Source of the DNA: a virus
Lineage: Duplodnaviria; Caudoviricetes
IMG/VR virus record: IMGVR_UViG_3300024310_000018
Coordinates: 1-38,584 of that record
Strand: one strand, 5' to 3'
Length of the DNA stretch: 38,584 nt
Shown: positions 17,721 through 27,260 of the stretch, one piece after another
How the letters are laid out: each line of letters starts with the position of its first letter
How positions within the stretch are numbered: the first letter of the stretch is position 1
Notes under the pieces: model-generated
Database searches by the model: none
What the model saw: only the letters and a program-made list of their open reading frames with translations
Told to the model about the DNA's origin: nothing
Position numbers and translations under genes: made by a program

Positions 17721-18679
17721 GCACTCCCCGAGCCAGCCGGATAATTTGCGTCCTGCACGTTCCAAGGCGTAATCAGGTAAGGCGTGTATCTGCGACCCAT
17801 TGTCAAAGTTGGTGCCCCGCCGTCGCGCGCGATTAATTGTTGAACGTAATCGCTATATTCCGTCTGCATCGAAGCGGCGGTTGAAATCCCCTTGGCCTGT
17901 AGAAATCTCCATTTAGTGCCGAGAATGATTGCCTGCGAATCCAGGATCGGCGTATCATCATCTGATGTCATCGACGCCTTTAGCGTGCCGCCAACATTAC
18001 GCACCCAATAGAGCGAGAGATATTCCCATGCGATCTGAAACGGCGTGTCCACAGTTTGAGGTGGTGGCCATATCCGATACGTCCCTGCTGTTAAGGAACC
18101 GACTTGACGGAAATGTCTACGTGGCCCCGTCGTCACAATTCCTGAACGGTGATATTCGTCTAGTTGTGGAGAATCCGGCCCAAGAAGTGCCCAGCGGTTG
18201 GTTCTGTCCCACGCGGTCCCGTTGAGAAAGCGGTCAAAGTCCGCATTCTCCGGATAGGTATCCTTGCCGAATGTCAGCGCTACGAGATTGGTAGTAGCAT
18301 TCCCCGTCGCCACCATGTCCATAGTAACTTGCGTGCCGCTATCGACGGTCAACACCCGAGCCGCGACCGGGATCATGCTTCCGGTGACGACAAATGTTTC
18401 TGCGGTGATTGCTGCCGTAGTCGGGATATTGGTGATGATAGGCGAGCCGCCCGTCACAGTTCCCGTTGTGACTACCGGTGCTCCCACATTCAGCGTGAAC
18501 AGGCTTTGCAGCACGGTCCAATTATGAGTGCGTTTAAGGTTATCGCCTTCCCGGTTAATCAGACTATAGAGTTGCGTCGTCTGCAAATCGGTCGCGCCAA
18601 CGACCACCGCCGGCTGGACAAGGCCCAGCTCGCCAGTGACCGCTTGAGCAATTTGCAGAAGCGTCAACTGTGCCATCAA
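17717..18679 (-). CDS. Head-tail adaptor / tail tubular protein A-like
   Basis: TLLQI......ELGL N-terminus and I.LG.KWRFL..KG C-terminus; Thr-rich internal insertion. Confidence 0.75.
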   Translation of the reverse strand: MMAQLTLLQIAQAVTGELGLVQPAVVVGATDLQTTQLYSLINREGDNLKRTHNWTVLQSLFTLNVGAPVVTTGTVTGGSPIITNIPTTAAITAETFVVTGSMIPVAARVLTVDSGTQVTMDMVATGNATTNLVALTFGKDTYPENADFDRFLNGTAWDRTNRWALLGPDSPQLDEYHRSGIVTTGPRRHFRQVGSLTAGTYRIWPPPQTVDTPFQIAWEYLSLYWVRNVGGTLKASMTSDDDTPILDSQAIILGTKWRFLQAKGISTAASMQTEYSDYVQQLIARDGGAPTLTMGRRYTPYLITPWNVQDANYPAGSGSA

Positions 18680-18680
18680 A

Positions 18681-19046
18681 TTACGCCGTCAGGATCGAAG
18701 CCCACGCGGTGGACGAAATCCGGATGAACACCGCAAGCTTGTTCTGAGCGACCGAGAACGAAGCATCCGTGGTGCCGCCGTTGAAGTTTCCACCCGAGGG
18801 CGGATAGACTAGGGCAGTCGTCGCCGACGAATTGAAAAACCAGAACGGTGCACCGAGCGAAGCCGCAGCATTGAAGATAAACGCCGTCTGGCTTGAAGCC
18901 GTAGTGGCATTGGTAAGATGGCCCTGGATCAGCGTGGCGCCGGCCGCAGCCGTGCCAGCCCCGGCCTGTGTGGTTGGCGTATTGCCGAGCCGATTGGCCT
19001 GCGCTCCGGGCATGCCAACGCCCATCAAATCTGCAACTGTGGACAT
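18681..19046 (-). CDS. Small virion structural protein
   Basis: Ala/Thr/Gly-rich beta protein with VYPP.GG..NGG motif, in the structural operon. Confidence 0.65.
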   Translation of the reverse strand: MSTVADLMGVGMPGAQANRLGNTPTTQAGAGTAAAGATLIQGHLTNATTASSQTAFIFNAAASLGAPFWFFNSSATTALVYPPSGGNFNGGTTDASFSVAQNKLAVFIRISSTAWASILTA

Positions 19047-19829
19047 CTAGTGCTCCTTGTTTTTGCTGCCCGGCGGACGGCCGCGGCGTCGGGGAGGCTC
19101 AACGGAGCCGGAAAGGTCTTGAACGAATTGCGCCGGCTCTTGGAGCCTCGCCTGTGTATCGTCGGCGGATGCATGAACATGGTTGATCTGCGCCGTCTGG
19201 AAATCGTAGGTTTGCGCGTTCGGCTGGGGTGGCCGCGCCGAATGAACCAGCGTCGTCAATTCCTGCATCTGGCGCTTGAGCGTTTCGATCTCGCGGTTTT
19301 TCTCGGCAATCGCAGCTTCGAACTTGTGATGATCGACGCCCTTTTCCGCGTGTTCGAGATATTTCTGGGCCTTGTTCACCCATTCCGTGGCGCCCATGCC
19401 GATGGTGCCTATGCCATGGGCCGACAAATACGCCAACTGCTGCACGGTCTGGATATTGTAGCCGCGAAGCGTGGTTTCGATCTCGGGCTGCGCCGGAAAC
19501 AACAGGCTGAGCGGGATGCCGTCCGGCGTCTGTGTGACGTTCTGCTGGTACTGCGCCCACTTCTGCGGCCAGCGCTGCATATCCTGCGGGGTGACTTCGC
19601 GATCAACGATATTGAGCGTTTCGCCGGGATGCTGTATTTTCACAAAATCCCGCCCCTCATGGACCGGCGTTCCCTGTGCCTGCGACTTGGCGCGATTGAG
19701 AACGGACCTTCGATAGAACCCGACCATCAACTGATTGTCGTCAGGCCCCGAGGTTGCCATGCCCCAGCCCTGACGTGAGACTGCGGCTTGGTCATACTTG
19801 ATAGGTGCAAACGTAGTGGTGTCTGTCAT
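19047..19829 (-). CDS. Conserved podophage head-module protein of unknown function
   Basis: V.FY...FV.I..PG...RWP..W..Y pattern and coiled-coil C-terminus. Confidence 0.7.
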   Translation of the reverse strand: MTDTTTFAPIKYDQAAVSRQGWGMATSGPDDNQLMVGFYRRSVLNRAKSQAQGTPVHEGRDFVKIQHPGETLNIVDREVTPQDMQRWPQKWAQYQQNVTQTPDGIPLSLLFPAQPEIETTLRGYNIQTVQQLAYLSAHGIGTIGMGATEWVNKAQKYLEHAEKGVDHHKFEAAIAEKNREIETLKRQMQELTTLVHSARPPQPNAQTYDFQTAQINHVHASADDTQARLQEPAQFVQDLSGSVEPPRRRGRPPGSKNKEH

Positions 19830-20716
19830 GCTGCTTCTCCCGAGTAGAATTGCGGATAGGTGTTGCGGTGCATCCAGGGCAGGAGCCCGTCACCGTGAAC
19901 GCGGATTTTTGTCATCCACGAAAAATGCTCGCACATTCTGCGAAATTCATCCGCCTGCCTTGCGAGATAGGCCATCGTCCTGAATTTCTTTTCCTGAATG
20001 CCGGAGTCGTTTTTTTTGATCTGGCAAACGATATCCATCGACTTCCAGAAATCCTTGTAGGGTGCGCCGTTGAAATGCGTTTCATTTTCATCCGGGAATG
20101 AACTGTCAAAGCCAAACAACTCGAATTCCCGGTAGCCGAGAAACATGCAAATCGGAATGGTCTTAACCAGCGTTGTGGAAGAACCGCCGCCAACCATGAA
20201 GTGCTTGTTCTTGAAATGCTTCAAAAGGACGTTGTGTTCTGCCTCATCTGAGAAACAATGCCAGAGGATTACCTTTTTGTCCGCGAAGTGCGAGAACGTC
20301 GTCGGATGAGCAAAAGAATGGATATAATAAGTAATATCCGGATGATGACGGCGCTGGAATTCCTTGTAGTCAATAGCCACTTCAAACAGAACATTCCCAT
20401 GCGGGATAATCCCGTTGTCGATCAGAAAATCATTCGCGTCGTTGATCGCAAAGACGATATTGTCCTTGTTTTCCGCCAGTTTCTTGATTTCTTCAAGGTA
20501 GTTCTTTACACTCGGAGATGCCCCGACAATGATCGCCTGGCCTCCCCGTACCTGAGAAATATCAAGCTCGGGAAGGCCAAGCGTCATTGAGTGTTTCATG
20601 TTTTCCGTGGCGATCTTTACCGACACGGGATCGAAGTTTTGTCCATAGTGAACCGGATGCATCAGAGAACCATCGTTCACTGACACAGCCGGCTCAGTAT
20701 GTTGCTCAACCACCAT
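19826..20716 (-). CDS. Maf/DUF115 (MptE-like) family glycosyltransferase-like protein
   Basis: AIIVGASPSV, VFAINDA..FL...GIIP, GGGSST and LGYREFELFGFDSSF motifs; ATG 20716 overlaps the upstream stop. Confidence 0.7.
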   Translation of the reverse strand: MVVEQHTEPAVSVNDGSLMHPVHYGQNFDPVSVKIATENMKHSMTLGLPELDISQVRGGQAIIVGASPSVKNYLEEIKKLAENKDNIVFAINDANDFLIDNGIIPHGNVLFEVAIDYKEFQRRHHPDITYYIHSFAHPTTFSHFADKKVILWHCFSDEAEHNVLLKHFKNKHFMVGGGSSTTLVKTIPICMFLGYREFELFGFDSSFPDENETHFNGAPYKDFWKSMDIVCQIKKNDSGIQEKKFRTMAYLARQADEFRRMCEHFSWMTKIRVHGDGLLPWMHRNTYPQFYSGEAA

Positions 20717-21255
20717 CAGATATCGACGGTGGGATAGCTGAGCAGAACGGCGGTCGAGCCGTTGGTGGTGCCGCGCGACGTGGTGCAAACAACACCGTCG
20801 ATCTTCGGCTGAAGCGACGAAAACGAGGTATCGTCAAGATAGCCGGGGACCGTGGTGGCATAGAGCGCGGCGGCGGTTGGCGTCGAGAGGATGACGTTGC
20901 CGGAAACACCACCACCCCGGAGACATACCCAGCCGGCAGAGCCGGAAGCGATGGCCACCTGAGCCACGCCCACAACCGGAGCCGCCGCCGTGGTGGAAGT
21001 AGAGAGCGAGGCCGCGTTGTAGTTGGTCGAGATACCGACGAAATCATATTGCGAAATGGCCGAAGAGGCCTTCACGAACATGAATTCGCCGCCGTTCGAA
21101 CTCTCGCAGGTTTCCCCAATCGTGAACGGAGGCGCCGGAGTGTCCGGGGAGTTGGTCGAGGACTGCGCCGCCGTCTGGTCATAGATCGTATAGGTGGCGG
21201 TGAGGTCGATACCCTCCTTGGAGAGCGTGCTGTGAAGCGGTACGGTATAGGTCAT
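20716..21255 (-). CDS. Capsid cement/decoration protein
   Basis: Directly after the capsid gene; FVKAS.AI, VGVAQVAIA....GWV and G.LDD motifs; very Ser/Thr-rich. Confidence 0.7.
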   Translation of the reverse strand: MTYTVPLHSTLSKEGIDLTATYTIYDQTAAQSSTNSPDTPAPPFTIGETCESSNGGEFMFVKASSAISQYDFVGISTNYNAASLSTSTTAAAPVVGVAQVAIASGSAGWVCLRGGGVSGNVILSTPTAAALYATTVPGYLDDTSFSSLQPKIDGVVCTTSRGTTNGSTAVLLSYPTVDI

Positions 21256-21270
21256 TGATCCACCCTCCTT

Positions 21271-22305
21271 TTAGGTGTTGATGAGGACGCCCTGAAGGAA
21301 GGCGTTCGAGAGCGTCATGTTGCCGGCCCAGCCCATCAGCTTGACCATGGCGTCCTGGTTGACCGAGAAACGATCCGGATCGAGCGGGACCATGTTTCTG
21401 CGGGCATGGGGCCGCCAGTGGATGTACTTGGTATTGAGGAAGTACATCGTATTGGCCGGCGCACCGCCGACCGCGGACGTACCCGCAGAGGTTTCGTAAG
21501 GCAGCGGATCGGTCGAGAAACCCTGGAATCCGCCGTCCAGAACAACGTCAGCCGTGTTGTATTTCAACGACTGATAACCCAAGGCCCCGTGCTCACCCGA
21601 GCCGTTCTCGCTCGCGATGCGCTGGATGGCCTGCAAGCTCTGCCAATAGAGCTTGTAGAAGTTATTGTCCGCGACAATCAGGTCCGGACAGTCACGACCG
21701 CGAACCAGAGTGACCCACAGCGAATCCATGTACTGCTGAATGTTCGCCGCGGTTGCCGCTGCACCGCCATTGGTCACGGCGCCGTAAGCCTGGTTCTGCC
21801 AGAAGGTCCATGTTGCGCGATCGATGCCGCCGACGATGCCGGTTGACGGCGAAGAGGCCACTAAGAGCTGAAGGCCATTGACCGAGCCGGTTACGGTGCC
21901 GTCGCCGTAGATGCCCTGAGACATGCCGTTCATAAAGGTATCTTCGGCATTCTCGATACGGGATTCGAGAAGGTCTATGATTGCTTCTTCACCGGAGTTC
22001 TGGAGTTCTTCCAGCCCGGAGATTGAAACAGCCACCGCCGACTGGCGGATCGGATATTCCGCAGCCGAGAAGGTCTGCGAAGGGGCGATGTTCAGGGTTT
22101 GGTAACCGGAGTACCACTGGAACGTCTGGTTATTGGCGTAATTGAGTTCCTGAACGATGGTGCGCCCGCCGGAGAAGGTCTTGATTTTTCCGCGGCGGGA
22201 AAGGCGAGCCAACAGAGCGTTGTTGCGGCTCATGTTGTCAGCGAGTTCACCCGTTCGGCTTCGAAGGGTGGTCGTCACGATTTCAGAGAGATTCGGAAAG
22301 GCCAT
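21271..22305 (-). CDS. Major capsid protein
   Basis: 344 aa after the scaffold; LADN...NNALL.RL, IIDLLESRI.NAE and GGIDRA..TFW.N motifs. Confidence 0.9.
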   Translation of the reverse strand: MAFPNLSEIVTTTLRSRTGELADNMSRNNALLARLSRRGKIKTFSGGRTIVQELNYANNQTFQWYSGYQTLNIAPSQTFSAAEYPIRQSAVAVSISGLEELQNSGEEAIIDLLESRIENAEDTFMNGMSQGIYGDGTVTGSVNGLQLLVASSPSTGIVGGIDRATWTFWQNQAYGAVTNGGAAATAANIQQYMDSLWVTLVRGRDCPDLIVADNNFYKLYWQSLQAIQRIASENGSGEHGALGYQSLKYNTADVVLDGGFQGFSTDPLPYETSAGTSAVGGAPANTMYFLNTKYIHWRPHARRNMVPLDPDRFSVNQDAMVKLMGWAGNMTLSNAFLQGVLINT

Positions 22306-22321
22306 TGCCTACCCCTTGGGG

Positions 22322-23458
22322 TTAGGCCCTCTGTTCCTCCTCAAGTGTCTTTATGGCTTGCAGGATGTGTCCCTTTACGCCCTGCTTTGGCTGCGTAGCG
22401 CCATTGACCTGAACTCCGGTGGGGGAGCGTCCGGTTGGCGAGACAGCGGCCTGTCGGGCTCGTGCGGCCTTCTCGGCTTGGGTTCGATCTTGCTCAAGTT
22501 TGGCTTTGGTTTCCGTTTCAAGCTTGATCTGCGCCGAAACCTCGGGGTGAAGCATGGTCGCCTTTTGATAGGCGCCCTCTAGATCACCGGGGGGGACAAG
22601 TCCTGCCATCATGAGTTGCCCCATGATGGTTCGCACTTTCTCGAAATGAGCGTGCTCGGGCTTGCTGGCGAAAGCTGAAAGTTCTTGGGAAACCTTTTCC
22701 TCTTGCGAGCGTTGAAGCTGCGTTTCGAGGTTCGTCACCTTTTGGGCGATGCCATTGAATTGATCGAGGACCGGCCGTAATGGCTCGGGGATACTATCCT
22801 GCACCGATGAAGGCGCTTGGGATGAATTTTGGACCAGTGTTGAAAGGTCAACTTGGTACTGTTTGGCAAGGTTGACAAAGCTCTGCATCCGGGTTTCCGG
22901 ATTGCGAAAGCCTGCTTCCCAATTCAAAAGCGTTTTGACGGCTTGTGCGTCCGACTGAATGCCGTTCTGTTGAAGGACCGGCCTTAGCGGCTCAAGGGCT
23001 TGCGAGATTTCCGTGAGTTGAGCGGTTTTACTTCGGTACTCATCAAATCCCTTGGTGACTTCGGCTTCGCGTTTGACGGCGAGCGCGCGGGCTTCCTCGG
23101 GTAACTTGTCCCAGATGTTTTTCCAGGCAGAGGGCGGGCTGTCGGCGGTTGGGGCCGCAGATACGTTCTGCTCGGTCTTGGGAATTTCTGCCGCTGCTGG
23201 CTTCTCAGCCGCGCTGGCTTCTGGTTTTTCAACCTTGGCGAATTTGCCCGTCGAAACGTCACGGGCGCGTGTGGCTTCCTCTTTCCGGACAGCTTCTACG
23301 CTTTTGTTGATTTGATCGCGGAGCGAAAGGCGCTTCTCCGGTTCGGAGGGTGAGTCCGGAGAAGCGCTATCGGCGGGATGCGCCGCAGGGGAAACAGGAA
23401 TTTCAGCGTCCGCGACGACGCCTGAATTCTCGGAATTCTGTTGGTCGGCTAATTCCAT
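22322..23458 (-). CDS. Capsid scaffolding protein
   Basis: Disordered N-terminus with RD..TGKFA and PP.AWK motifs, helical body, LE.AY.KA; precedes the capsid gene. Confidence 0.8.
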   Translation of the reverse strand: MELADQQNSENSGVVADAEIPVSPAAHPADSASPDSPSEPEKRLSLRDQINKSVEAVRKEEATRARDVSTGKFAKVEKPEASAAEKPAAAEIPKTEQNVSAAPTADSPPSAWKNIWDKLPEEARALAVKREAEVTKGFDEYRSKTAQLTEISQALEPLRPVLQQNGIQSDAQAVKTLLNWEAGFRNPETRMQSFVNLAKQYQVDLSTLVQNSSQAPSSVQDSIPEPLRPVLDQFNGIAQKVTNLETQLQRSQEEKVSQELSAFASKPEHAHFEKVRTIMGQLMMAGLVPPGDLEGAYQKATMLHPEVSAQIKLETETKAKLEQDRTQAEKAARARQAAVSPTGRSPTGVQVNGATQPKQGVKGHILQAIKTLEEEQRA

Positions 23459-23467
23459 CCTCAAGTA

Positions 23468-23776
23468 TTACCGCTTATTTCGCAAATCATGAATAGTCTT
23501 TCGAATGGCTTCCCGGCGTTGTCCACCGTCTAATTTGATCTGTTGACGTGGTTTTATTGCCTCATTGCCGATTTCTACGCATCCAGTTGCCCGCGTTTCG
23601 GCCCTAAACTTGGCTTTACTGTCCAAAATACGGCCGGAAGCCATATGTTTGGTCGGTTCCATAGTATCCGAGATGACATAGGGGGCCGAATTCTTACCCC
23701 CCTCGAATACTTCGGAGCGCTCTACAAGCCCGTTTTCATTGGCTTTCGGGTGATTTGGCCTGTAAATCCAAGGCAT
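23468..23776 (-). CDS. Conserved head-module protein
   Basis: ISD.M....H...G...DSK..FR......GCVEIGNE pattern. Confidence 0.7.
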   Translation of the reverse strand: MPWIYRPNHPKANENGLVERSEVFEGGKNSAPYVISDTMEPTKHMASGRILDSKAKFRAETRATGCVEIGNEAIKPRQQIKLDGGQRREAIRKTIHDLRNKR

Positions 23777-24168
23777 TAGCCGAATATCTCCCTGATAACC
23801 GCGTCCAATTCGGCATCATCCAGCATTAAATCCTGTTGCTGCTGATGGGCCTGCCGGGCGCTCATGACCAATTTGGCCAAAGCAAAGATATCCTCGGGTT
23901 TGCTGGGGATAACCTCGATTTTGGGCTTGGAAAGCGCTGATTTGAGCCGTTTTTCTGGCTTTTCCGGAGGGCCGTAAAACGCCAGTTCCAAGGCTTCCCG
24001 GCGCCGGGCCTTGATTTCAAGTTCCTGGGAAGGATCATATTCCCCGAATGGCTTCTTGCGTAAGAACTGCCGGTTGCCGTCGTGCGTATCGATGACAAAC
24101 GGATATATCCCGGCCGGATAAGGACTGCGGCCAAGGGGGAATAGTCCTATCGGGCCGTAGCCGAGCAT
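23776..24168 (-). CDS. Head-module protein with N-terminal MLGYGPIGLFPLG peptide and DTHDG motif
   Basis: 130 aa, coupled at both ends. Confidence 0.7.
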   Translation of the reverse strand: MLGYGPIGLFPLGRSPYPAGIYPFVIDTHDGNRQFLRKKPFGEYDPSQELEIKARRREALELAFYGPPEKPEKRLKSALSKPKIEVIPSKPEDIFALAKLVMSARQAHQQQQDLMLDDAELDAVIREIFG

Positions 24169-24338
24169 TACTTGGCCTTAGATTTCGACTTGTCCTGCTC
24201 ATCGTGTTTGGCGATCTTGGCTTCCAGCTCCTTGTTTTTCGCCTGCAACTCGCGAAGCTGGTCCGCCATGGATTCGGCTTCCACGATCGACTGACCGAGC
24301 CGGAAAATGATTCTCTGATTTGCGTTCATCTGTTCCAT
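24168..24338 (-). CDS. 56-aa coiled-coil protein (possible fibre chaperone)
   Basis: Read manually: MEQMNANQRIIFRLGQSIVEAESMADQLRELQAKNKELEAKIAK...; GGGAG SD. Confidence 0.7.
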   Translation of the reverse strand: MEQMNANQRIIFRLGQSIVEAESMADQLRELQAKNKELEAKIAKHDEQDKSKSKAK

Positions 24339-24353
24339 TTGTAATCTCCCGTT

Positions 24354-27260
24354 TTACCATGCTGGAATGTATCGAGTGGTGCCGTTATCGTCATAGGGTA
24401 GCCACTTCGTTGGATTGCCGGCCGCAGGCCCCGCCGTCAGCGTTGGCACACTTCCTGTTCCCCCACCTGTCAATGAGGTTTTGGTTCGCATCAGGAAGCT
24501 GGCGCTGTTGGTGTAGATCAGACCACTGCCTGGATCGGAAGATGTACCGACGCTCAACCCGCCGCTCGCTTGCAGCGTCATCGAAAGCTGAAGGGTGGTC
24601 GATGCATTCGGCGTCGTGTACCAATCATGGGCCATGCCTTGATGACCCGCAGACCACGCCTCGCTGGTTCGCATGATCCAGATGCCGCCAACCTGCCAAC
24701 CGGCATTATATCCATAACCACGCATATTATAGGCATATTGAGATACGCCGGAGGCGGAAGGTGAGGCGGCCGTCCCGAGAGCCGCGCCGCCAGAAATGAT
24801 GTTACCAGAACTCGTTGCGCCATAGCTGACAAATTCGACTCCCCCGGCAACACTATCGGCCGCTTGGAACCGAGCCACACTTGTTGAGACAATCAGTGCC
24901 GGCGACGACGATGTATTTGCATTTACGTCAAATGTCGTTTTCGGAGAGGTATTGACGATGCCCCATTGCTGGCTAGTATTGATAATGCCTGCGGCAGTCG
25001 AACCATTGGACTGAAACGTCAGCGCGCCTGCTGCCGCAAGGGTAGTCAAGCCAGTGATCGCATTCGTCCCCATCGCGATTGCGCCGGACATGGTGCCGCC
25101 GGTCAACGCGAGATCAAGCGAAGCATGTCCGGTCAAGGCTCCAACAAAAGTGGCCGCAGTCAGCGTATCGGTAGACGGATTATAGGTGAATGTCGTGTCC
25201 AGATTGAACGGCTGGTTGCTGTTGCTGCTTGATGCTGCAAACAACGGGAAAAATGAAGCGTTGGTGCTAGTCGCTACTGTCGCGCCATTGGTAGCATTAG
25301 TCGCCGTCGTCGCCGTGGTGGCATTGCCAGTCAGCGCTGCCGTGATCGTTCCCGCCGAGAAATTACCGGAGCCATCACGCGCAACCAGCGTACTTGCGGT
25401 GTTGGCGGTTGCTACACCCGTGCCGGTTGGAAGTCCTGTGAATACCGGCGTCGTCAGCGTTTGTATACCGCCCCAACTATGAGCGGTCGAAAACACGTCC
25501 GCATTCAAATCGGCGCTCGTGACTAATCCCGTAGCCGTGAATGACCCATGTATAGTGACGCCGCCGGTCGATGTACCGCCAAGATCAATGGTGCCTGATC
25601 CCTTGGCGTTGATCTTCAGCGCCTCATTGGTCGCAGAAGATGTCGTGAGGATCGATGCGCCTTGTCCCGCGATATTCGAGAATATATAAACACCAGTGAC
25701 GGAGGATGCGACACTTGTATCGACGGAGAATCCCGGAAAATTGGATGTGTAATTTGTGCTATTGGCAAAAACAGAAATGGCGCCTGCCAGGGGCGAAATA
25801 ATTTTCAGCCCGGTGGGAGGCGCTACATTGCTGCCCCCGCCAAGAAACGCGCCGCCTGTACCAGTTACTTTGAAGTTTGGAAGGTCAAAAATATTCCCAG
25901 TGACCGTGAGTGTAGGAGCGCTCACAAAGTTGGCAACAGTTCCGGTATCGGCAAGGATGACATTACCCGCCGTATCAATCGGGAACGTGTTTGCCCCATA
26001 GAGGTCCTTACTGAACCAGAGACCATTCTTGAATGGTGCCGCAGTGAGATAGTTGGTGACGCCAAGATGGTTCACGGAAACCATATACGCTGCGTCGAAA
26101 TTAGTGCCTTGTGTTGGACCTTGCGAAAGTGCACTGAAGCCGACACGTCCTAAAAGAACACCAGTGTTGGCGACCAACATCTCAGCTTCATAACCGATTA
26201 GGTTTTGCTGTAAGTTGCCAGATGGGCCAACGTTGCCAACAGCGATGTTAGCCCAGCAATCACCCGTTATCGGACCCACATTGACGTAGCAACTCGAAAG
26301 CAGCGGAACCACGCCGCCGTTAGTCCCGGTAATTTGAGCAGCGACATTCAAACCAAAATGGTTGGCGATTCCTCCTGTGACTTTGTAATTGAGGCGAAAT
26401 ACATCGGTCTGGTTAGTGATCTGACCCCATTGATCGACCGGGAAACCGCCTGAGACGGATTGTGCGTTGTCGGTGACGGTAATCGAGTTGAGTGAGATCG
26501 GACCAGTAACAGTTCCGCTATTCGGAGTGGAGAGAGTAAGTGTCAGCGCGGGATTATTGCTTGCCGCCGCAGGTGAAATATTCAAGCCGGTAGCCGGAGT
26601 GAATGTTAAAACAGAACTGCCACCAAGCACTCCGGAATTATTGAACAGAACATCCGTGCTGGATGGGGAGATCGGCGTAGTGCCGACAATCAGTGTGCCG
26701 GTGCCTGCCGCAAGTTGAGCCTGGACAAATGCATCTGTCGCTAATTTTGTAGTATTGTCATTGAGTGCTTGCGTAGTGGCAATAACGCCATTCGGAAGCG
26801 TGCTCGAAATCGAGGGAATGCCCGTCCCGTCCGTAACCAATACCCCACTATTGGCCGTTGCCAGATTGCCGAGAACCCCCGCGTTGTCGTAAAGCAGTCC
26901 TTTGGTTGTTCCGCCCGTGACAAGCGTTGTTCCGATGGTAATAGCATCCGCCGAATTGATATCGCTCGCCAAGGGCGAGATCGAAACCAAAGCGTCAGCC
27001 GAAACATTGATCGGACTTCCGCCATTGGTGGAATTAACCACCGTCCGCGTAAGCGTTTTTGTCGCCGCGGTCCAAACCCCCGAGCCTACTTCAGATCCAT
27101 TGATGCAGTTGATCGAATAATGAACGGTCTCACCATCAACCACGCCGGCTTGAGCAAAGGTCAGATATGGCACGCCTAAGACAGTAGCCGGACCAGCCAA
27201 GGTAATTGGTCCTGCCCCACCCGTGGCAATATTCATCAGGGCTAGGTTATGCAGGCTCAT
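24354..27260 (-). CDS. Large fibre-like virion protein (968 aa) in the head module
   Basis: Gly/Thr/Ser/Ala-rich with fibre motifs (DNTTKLATDAFVQ, LVARDGSGNFSAGTITA, GNATTAT, L.LTGGTMSG). Confidence 0.8.
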   Translation of the reverse strand: MSLHNLALMNIATGGAGPITLAGPATVLGVPYLTFAQAGVVDGETVHYSINCINGSEVGSGVWTAATKTLTRTVVNSTNGGSPINVSADALVSISPLASDINSADAITIGTTLVTGGTTKGLLYDNAGVLGNLATANSGVLVTDGTGIPSISSTLPNGVIATTQALNDNTTKLATDAFVQAQLAAGTGTLIVGTTPISPSSTDVLFNNSGVLGGSSVLTFTPATGLNISPAAASNNPALTLTLSTPNSGTVTGPISLNSITVTDNAQSVSGGFPVDQWGQITNQTDVFRLNYKVTGGIANHFGLNVAAQITGTNGGVVPLLSSCYVNVGPITGDCWANIAVGNVGPSGNLQQNLIGYEAEMLVANTGVLLGRVGFSALSQGPTQGTNFDAAYMVSVNHLGVTNYLTAAPFKNGLWFSKDLYGANTFPIDTAGNVILADTGTVANFVSAPTLTVTGNIFDLPNFKVTGTGGAFLGGGSNVAPPTGLKIISPLAGAISVFANSTNYTSNFPGFSVDTSVASSVTGVYIFSNIAGQGASILTTSSATNEALKINAKGSGTIDLGGTSTGGVTIHGSFTATGLVTSADLNADVFSTAHSWGGIQTLTTPVFTGLPTGTGVATANTASTLVARDGSGNFSAGTITAALTGNATTATTATNATNGATVATSTNASFFPLFAASSSNSNQPFNLDTTFTYNPSTDTLTAATFVGALTGHASLDLALTGGTMSGAIAMGTNAITGLTTLAAAGALTFQSNGSTAAGIINTSQQWGIVNTSPKTTFDVNANTSSSPALIVSTSVARFQAADSVAGGVEFVSYGATSSGNIISGGAALGTAASPSASGVSQYAYNMRGYGYNAGWQVGGIWIMRTSEAWSAGHQGMAHDWYTTPNASTTLQLSMTLQASGGLSVGTSSDPGSGLIYTNSASFLMRTKTSLTGGGTGSVPTLTAGPAAGNPTKWLPYDDNGTTRYIPAW

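Noticed and set aside
18918-21846. Long plus-strand ORFs (18918-19778, 20587-21258, 21406-21846)
   Set aside because: These are Arg-rich shadow frames opposite well-supported structural genes in GC-rich DNA
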